Made by a program: the position numbers and the translations under genes
The notes under the pieces: generated by a model
What the model saw: the letters and a program-made list of their open reading frames with translations, nothing else
Told to the model about the DNA's origin: nothing
Database searches by the model: none
Shown here: positions 58,305-64,000 of the stretch, piece by piece
Layout of the letters: each line of letters begins with the position of its first letter
Position numbering within the stretch: the stretch's first letter is position 1
Origin: Thalassobaculaceae bacterium
Lineage (GTDB): Bacteria > Pseudomonadota > Alphaproteobacteria > Thalassobaculales > Thalassobaculaceae
Direction: 5' to 3'
Assembly: GCA_965228875.1 (NCBI GenBank)
Contig: OZ245843.1
Location: 3,888,616 to 3,952,615, forward strand
DNA length: 64,000 nucleotides

Positions 58305-59612
58305 ATGCTGCACGACCTGCCGTTCGCCATCGACGCCGATGCCTGCTTCGCGCCGCGGGTCGCCGCCGGCCTGCCGCAGCCCGCGTTCGAGGCGATGGGC
58401 GATGCCGCGACGGCGGCGCTCGACTGGATCCGTGCCCGCCACGACGACGCCGGCCTGCCGCTGCTCGGCCTGCCGCGGCGACGTGACGATATCGTCGCCT
58501 GGAAGCCGATCGTCGACCGCTACCGCTCGCTCTACGACGACGTCGTGGTCCTCGGGACCGGCGGCTCGTCCCTCGGTGGGGCGACGCTCTGCGCCCTGGT
58601 CGACGGCGGCGGCGTCAGCGGGCCCCGGGTCCATTTCCTCGACAACATCGATCCCGTCGGCTTCGACGCCCGGCTCGCCAGGCTGGACATGGGGCGCACC
58701 GGGTTTTTGGCGATCTCGAAATCCGGCGGCACTGCCGAGACCCTGACCCAGACTCTGATCGTCATCGACCGGCTGATCGACCGGCTCGGCGTCGAGAACC
58801 TCGGCACCCACATCACCTGCATCGCCGAGGCGACCGACAATCCGCTGCGCCGGATCGCCTCCGAGCACGGACTGTTCTGCCTGGAGCACGACCCCAACGT
58901 GGGCGGCCGCTACTCGGCGCTGTCGGTGACCGGCCTGCTGCCGGCGGCGATCGCCGGCGTCGATGTCGAGGCGGTGCGGCGGGGGGCGGCGGCGGTGCTG
59001 GACGCGGCGATCTCGGCGGAGCGGGCGCTGGACGATCCGGCGATCGCCGGGGCGGTGCTCAACCTCGCGCTGGCCCGCGACAACGGGATCAACCAGACCG
59101 TTCTGCTGCCCTATCTCGACCGGCTCGACCGGCTCTCGTTCTGGTTCCGCCAGCTCTGGGCCGAGAGCCTCGGCAAGGAGGGCCATGGCACGACGCCGAT
59201 CAACGCCCTCGGCGCCGTCGACCAGCACAGTCAGATGCAGCTCTACCTCGGGGGCGCGCGCGACAAGCTGTTCACGGTGATCTGCAGCGACCCGAGCGGC
59301 CGCGGCGGTCGCGTGCGACCCGAGATCGCCGGCGCGGCGGCCGGCGACCTCGACTATCTGGTCGGCCGCACCATGGGCGACCTGATGGCCGCCGAGCAGC
59401 GCGCCACGGTCGACACCCTGATCCGCAACGGCTGCCCGACCCGGGTGATCCGCTTCCCGACCTTGAACGAGGAGGTGATGGGGGCGCTGATGATGCAGTT
59501 CATCCTGGAGACCATCGCCGTCGCCCACATGCTCGGCATCGACGCCTTCGACCAGCCGGCGGTCGAGGAGGGCAAGGTGCTGGCCCGCAAGTTTCTGCGC
59601 GAGGCGACCTGA
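58305..59612 (+). CDS. pgi: Glucose-6-phosphate isomerase (short form)
   Basis: [37 protein letters not shown] and [10 protein letters not shown] motifs. Confidence 0.93.
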   Translation: MLHDLPFAIDADACFAPRVAAGLPQPAFEAMGDAATAALDWIRARHDDAGLPLLGLPRRRDDIVAWKPIVDRYRSLYDDVVVLGTGGSSLGGATLCALVDGGGVSGPRVHFLDNIDPVGFDARLARLDMGRTGFLAISKSGGTAETLTQTLIVIDRLIDRLGVENLGTHITCIAEATDNPLRRIASEHGLFCLEHDPNVGGRYSALSVTGLLPAAIAGVDVEAVRRGAAAVLDAAISAERALDDPAIAGAVLNLALARDNGINQTVLLPYLDRLDRLSFWFRQLWAESLGKEGHGTTPINALGAVDQHSQMQLYLGGARDKLFTVICSDPSGRGGRVRPEIAGAAAGDLDYLVGRTMGDLMAAEQRATVDTLIRNGCPTRVIRFPTLNEEVMGALMMQFILETIAVAHMLGIDAFDQPAVEEGKVLARKFLREAT

Positions 59613-61513
59613 TGCCAGAGGGTGCCGGCTCTGCCGCCCCACCGCCGATGCCGACCCTGCGCCGGCTGCCGGAGACCCTGGTCAACCAGATCGCCGCCGG
59701 CGAGGTGGTCGAGCGCCCGGCGAGCGCGCTCAAGGAACTGGTGGAGAATGCGCTGGATGCCGGCGCACGGCGTATCGACATCGTGCTGCGCGACGGCGGC
59801 CGGACGCTGATCCAGGTCTCCGACGACGGCTGCGGCATGGATGCCGACGCCCTGACCCTGGCGGTGGAGCGGCACGCCACCTCGAAACTGCCGGATGACG
59901 ACCTGACCCACATCGACACGCTCGGCTTTCGTGGCGAGGCGCTGCCCTCGATCGGCGCGGTCAGCCGTCTCGCCATCACCTCGCGCTCGGCGGCGGCGGA
60001 CGGCGCCTGGCGGATCCGCGTCGAGGGTGGGCGCATCGCTCCGCCGGAGCCGGCGGCGCTGACAGCGGGGACGCGGGTCGAGGTCCGCGACCTGTTCTTC
60101 GCCACGCCGGCGCGGCTGAAATTCCTGAAGGCGCCGCGCACCGAGCAGGGGCACGCGGTCGAGATCGTGCAGCGCCTGGCCATGGCGCATCCCGAGGTCG
60201 CGTTCTCGCTCGGCGACGGCGAGCGGACGCTGCTGAGCCTCGGCGCCGCCTCCGACCCGGCGCGGGACGGCGACGACCTGTTCGCCGCCCGGCTGACCCG
60301 GCTCGGTGCGATCCTGGGCCGCGAGTTCGAGGACAACGCCCTGGTGGTCGATGCCGAGCGGTCGGGCTACCGGCTGACCGGCCATGTCGGCCTGCCGACC
60401 CTGCACAAGCGGACCAATGCCCGGCAGTTCCTGTTCGTGAACGGCCGGCCGGTGCGCGACAAGCTGCTGCTGGGGGCCGTGCGTGGCGCCTACATGGATT
60501 TCGTCTCGGCCGACCGGCACCCGGTGCTGGCGCTGTTCCTGGATCTGCCGGCCGAAGAGGTGGACGTGAACGTCCATCCGGCCAAGACCGAGGTGCGGTT
60601 CCGCGATCCCGGCCTGGTGCGCGGGCTGATCGTCGGCGCGCTGAAGCACGCGCTGGCCGAGGCCGGGCATCGCGCCTCGACCACGGTCGGCATCGCCACC
60701 CTCGGCGCCTTCCGTCCGCAGGGCGACGGCGGCGGGTATCCCCGGCCGCATTCCGGCGCCGTGGCGTCCTGGGCGGGGCACGCCCCCGCGCGGTCGGCCG
60801 GCGGCCTCGCCGAGGGGCAGGCGGCCTGGCAGGCGCCGGATGCGACGGGACACCATCCGGCCGGTGGCTTCGCTTTCGGCGGCGCGCCGGCCGCCCGGGT
60901 GGAGGCGGCGGCCGCCGTGGCCCCCGACGGCGACCACCCGCTCGGTGCCGCCAAGGCGCAGCTTCACGCCAACTACATCATCGCCCAGACCGCCGACGGC
61001 CTAGTCATCGTCGACCAGCACGCCGCCCACGAGCGGCTGGTCTACGAGCGCATGAAGGAGGCCCTGGCGGCCGGCGGGGTCGCCCGTCAGGCGCTGCTGC
61101 TGCCCGAGGTGGTCGAACTCGACGAGGCGTCGGTGGACCGACTGGTGGCGCGGGCTCCGGAACTGGAGACGCTGGGCCTGGTCCTCGAGGGGTTCGGCCC
61201 CGGCGCCGTGGTGGTGCGCGAGGTGCCGGCGCTGCTCGGGCAGACCGACGCGGCGGGGCTGGTGCGCGACCTGGCGGAGGATCTGGCCGAGGCCGACGCG
61301 GCGCTTTCGCTGGAGGACAGGCTGGCCGATGTCTGCGGCACCATGGCCTGTCACGGCTCGGTGCGTTCCGGGCGCCGGCTCAACGCCGAGGAGATGAACG
61401 CCCTGCTGCGGCAGATGGAGGCGACGCCCCATTCCGGCCAGTGCAACCATGGTCGGCCGACCTATGTGGAGCTCAAGCTGGGCGATATCGAGCGTCTGTT
61501 CGGCCGGCGCTGA
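59612..61513 (+). CDS. mutL: DNA mismatch repair endonuclease MutL
   Basis: [44 protein letters not shown] and CNHGRP motifs. Confidence 0.98.
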   Translation: MPEGAGSAAPPPMPTLRRLPETLVNQIAAGEVVERPASALKELVENALDAGARRIDIVLRDGGRTLIQVSDDGCGMDADALTLAVERHATSKLPDDDLTHIDTLGFRGEALPSIGAVSRLAITSRSAAADGAWRIRVEGGRIAPPEPAALTAGTRVEVRDLFFATPARLKFLKAPRTEQGHAVEIVQRLAMAHPEVAFSLGDGERTLLSLGAASDPARDGDDLFAARLTRLGAILGREFEDNALVVDAERSGYRLTGHVGLPTLHKRTNARQFLFVNGRPVRDKLLLGAVRGAYMDFVSADRHPVLALFLDLPAEEVDVNVHPAKTEVRFRDPGLVRGLIVGALKHALAEAGHRASTTVGIATLGAFRPQGDGGGYPRPHSGAVASWAGHAPARSAGGLAEGQAAWQAPDATGHHPAGGFAFGGAPAARVEAAAAVAPDGDHPLGAAKAQLHANYIIAQTADGLVIVDQHAAHERLVYERMKEALAAGGVARQALLLPEVVELDEASVDRLVARAPELETLGLVLEGFGPGAVVVREVPALLGQTDAAGLVRDLAEDLAEADAALSLEDRLADVCGTMACHGSVRSGRRLNAEEMNALLRQMEATPHSGQCNHGRPTYVELKLGDIERLFGRR

Positions 61514-61517
61514 CGCG

Positions 61518-61940
61518 TCACGGATCCATCGAGTCGAGCGCCTTGCGGAAGCGGCCGGCATGGCTCTTCTCCGCCTTCGCCAAGGTCTCGAACCAGTCGG
61601 CGATCTCGTCGAATCCCTCTTCGCGGGCCATCCGCGCCATCGCCGGATACATCTCGGTGTGCTCGCGGGTCTCGCTGGCGATCACCGACCTCAGGTTGGC
61701 GCCGGTATCGCCGATCGGCTCGCCGGTGGCCGGGTCGCCGACCTCCTCCAGGAATTCCAGGTGGCCGTGGGCGTGGCCCGTCTCGCCCTCGGCGGTCGAG
61801 CGGAACACCGCGGCGATGTCGTTGTAGCCCTCAATGTCGGCCTGCTGGGCGAAATACAGGTAGCGGCGGTTGGCCTGCGCTTCGACGGCGAAGGCCTCGA
61901 TCAGGTTCGCCTCGGTCTTCGAGCCACGAAGCTTCGACAT
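61518..61940 (-). CDS. Rubrerythrin (no rubredoxin domain)
   Basis: TEANL..AF, E.QANRRY, E..HA, E...MYP and AEKSHA di-iron motifs. Confidence 0.9.
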   Translation of the reverse strand: MSKLRGSKTEANLIEAFAVEAQANRRYLYFAQQADIEGYNDIAAVFRSTAEGETGHAHGHLEFLEEVGDPATGEPIGDTGANLRSVIASETREHTEMYPAMARMAREEGFDEIADWFETLAKAEKSHAGRFRKALDSMDP

Positions 61941-62024
61941 GGGATCACTCCGGCTTGCAGGGTGTCGTCACGGGGCGTGAAACCTGCGGGCGCGCCGACC
62001 GGTCGGCCCGACCCACCGGTACCG

Positions 62025-62444
62025 TCAGTCCTGGCGGCGTTTGACCCGCACGATCAGGTCCACCCGCTCGATCTCCGCGCCGTCCGGCGCCTGCGGCAGG
62101 CTGCCGATCGCGACCTGCTCGCCCGGGATGTCGGTGAGCCGGCCGGTATCGGCCTCGAAGAAATGGTGATGTCCGGTGGTGTTGGTGTCGAAATACGACC
62201 GCCCGGCCTCGACCACGACCTCCCGCAGGAGGCCGGCGTCGGTGAACTGGTGCAGGGTGTTGTAAATCGTCGCCAGGGAGACCCGCACGCCGTCGCGCTC
62301 CGCCTCGGAATGAAGCTGCTCGGCGGTGACGTGACGGTCGCCGTTCTCGAACAGCAGGCGGGCGAGCGACAGCCGCTGGCGCGTCGGGCGCAGGCCGGCT
62401 CCCCGAAGGGTGTCCACCGCGGCGGCGAACGGTCTTGAAGTCAT
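62025..62444 (-). CDS. irr: Fur-family iron response regulator Irr
   Basis: [28 protein letters not shown] and YFDTN..HHHF; divergent from fabA. Confidence 0.9.
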   Translation of the reverse strand: MTSRPFAAAVDTLRGAGLRPTRQRLSLARLLFENGDRHVTAEQLHSEAERDGVRVSLATIYNTLHQFTDAGLLREVVVEAGRSYFDTNTTGHHHFFEADTGRLTDIPGEQVAIGSLPQAPDGAEIERVDLIVRVKRRQD

Positions 62445-62710
62445 GGTGCGCACCCTGTTCGACCTCGCCCGAGGTCCGGCGGCCGGCCGATCCAAGAGCG
62501 TTGAAACAAAACGATTATCATGTAGGGGAAACGAAGGCAATCCATGCCCTTTGCATGCCGGGTTGCGATGTGGTTTCCTTGCTCCGAATGAGCGCGGCAC
62601 CCTGGAGTGCGGCTCGGTGTGTGACGGACGGCGTGATTGTGTTACGCACATGGTGCACAGGGCACCGTGCGAACGGCACGGTCACGGACCAACGGACGGC
62701 GAGGCCGGAA

Positions 62711-63238
62711 TTGGATTTCAAGACGCGCAGCAGCTTCTCCTACAAGGATCTGCTCGAATGCGCCCACGGGCGCCTGTTCGGACCCGGTAACGCGCAGCTT
62801 CCGCTGCCGCCGATGCTGATGTTCGACCGCATCACCCATATCGCCGAGACCGGCGGCGCCAACGGCAAGGGCGAGGTCGAGGCCGAACTCGACATCAAGC
62901 CGGACCTCTGGTTCTTCCCCTGCCATTTCGAGGGCGACCCGGTCATGCCCGGCTGCCTGGGCATGGACGCGCTGTGGCAGCTCCTCGGCTTCACGCTGGG
63001 CTGGCTCGGCGGGCCGGGTTCGGGCCGGGCGATCTCGGTCGGCGAGGTCAAGTTCATGGGACAGGTGCTGCCGACCGCGAAACAGGTCCGCTACCACCTC
63101 GACCTGAAGCGGGTCATCAGCCGCAAGCTGTTCCTCGGTATCGCCGACGGCTGGGTCGACTGCGACGGGGAGCGGGTCTTCGAAGCCAAGGACATTCGCG
63201 TTGGCCTGTTCGCCAATACGGCGGCGGCACCGGCCTGA
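62711..63238 (+). CDS. fabA: 3-hydroxyacyl-ACP dehydratase/isomerase FabA
   Basis: [27 protein letters not shown] and [10 protein letters not shown] motifs; probable TTG start at 62711. Confidence 0.96.
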   Translation: MDFKTRSSFSYKDLLECAHGRLFGPGNAQLPLPPMLMFDRITHIAETGGANGKGEVEAELDIKPDLWFFPCHFEGDPVMPGCLGMDALWQLLGFTLGWLGGPGSGRAISVGEVKFMGQVLPTAKQVRYHLDLKRVISRKLFLGIADGWVDCDGERVFEAKDIRVGLFANTAAAPA

Positions 63239-63249
63239 CGGAGAGAAGC

Positions 63250-64000
63250 ATGCGTCGCGTCGTCGTCACCGGCATCGGTGTCGTCTCCCCGATCGGGAAC
63301 GACAAGGCCGAGGTCACGGAATCCCTGAAGGCCGGACGGTCGGGGATCACCTTCGCCCCCGAGTACAAGGAACTGGGCTTCCGCAGCCATGTGCACGGCT
63401 CGCTCAAGGTCGATCTGGAGGAACGGATCGACCGCAAGCTGCTGCGCTTCATGGGCGACGGCGCCGGCTACAACTACCTCGCCATGGAAGAGGCGCTGGC
63501 CGATAGTGGGCTGGAGCCGTCCGACATCTCCAATCCGCGCACCGGTCTGATCATGGGATCGGGCGGACCGTCGACCCGGAACATGATGCAGGCGTTCGAC
63601 ACGGCGCGGGAGAAGAGTCCCAAGCGGGTCGGCCCCTACATGGTGCCGCGGGTGATGTCCTCCACCAACTCGGCCAATCTGTCGACGATCTACAAGATCA
63701 AGGGGCTCAGCTACTCGATCAGTTCAGCCTGCTCGACCAGTTCGCACTGTATCGGCAATGGCACCGAGCTGATCCAGTACGGCAAGCAGGACATCGTCTT
63801 CGCCGGCGGCGGCGAGGAGCTGCACTGGACCCTGTCGGTGCTGTTCGACGCCATGGGCGCCCTGTCCTCGAAGTACAATGATACGCCGGAGAAGGCGTCG
63901 CGGCCGTACGACGTGAACCGCGACGGGTTCGTCATCGCCGGCGGCGGCGGCGTGGTCGTGCTCGAGGAACTGGAGCACGCGAAGGCGCGCGGTGCGAAGA
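63250..64000 (+). CDS. fabB: Beta-ketoacyl-ACP synthase I (5' part; runs off the window end)
   Basis: Manual translation: [18 protein letters not shown]...[15 protein letters not shown]...[16 protein letters not shown]; follows fabA. Confidence 0.95.
   Translation, partial: MRRVVVTGIGVVSPIGNDKAEVTESLKAGRSGITFAPEYKELGFRSHVHGSLKVDLEERIDRKLLRFMGDGAGYNYLAMEEALADSGLEPSDISNPRTGLIMGSGGPSTRNMMQAFDTAREKSPKRVGPYMVPRVMSSTNSANLSTIYKIKGLSYSISSACSTSSHCIGNGTELIQYGKQDIVFAGGGEELHWTLSVLFDAMGALSSKYNDTPEKASRPYDVNRDGFVIAGGGGVVVLEELEHAKARGAK

Overview
High-GC alphaproteobacterial chromosomal segment; gene order and content suggest Rhodospirillales (inference). It is mostly core and metabolic genes. Core blocks: pdxY (partial), tsaD/EVE, hemC-hemD-alphaMic60-hemY-like, tRNA-Thr(CGT), birA, maoC-ribF-ileS-lspA-DUF3035-M16-M16-pgi-mutL, rubrerythrin-irr and fabA-fabB (partial). 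Other genes include creatinase, pmbA, a DAG-kinase/plcP-agt lipid-remodelling locus with a putative Pho box, pobA, transporters and catabolic enzymes. I saw no integrase, transposase, prophage or CRISPR array. Best candidates for novelty: (1) a Cle-like receiver with Asp->Glu at the phospho-site and tandem [YF]xGPDRR motifs, paired with an Hpt-like protein lacking its His and followed by several unknown genes and a possibly structured leader (34.5-38.5 kb); (2) an orphan HExxH metalloprotease-like protein with a triple LLPHExRQ N-terminal repeat (22.7-23.8 kb); (3) an AT-rich single-gene islet encoding a membrane-anchored H-type-lectin-like protein (0.35-1.1 kb); (4) several 12-15 bp tandem micro-duplications. 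All family calls come from motif recognition by eye; no database searches were run.
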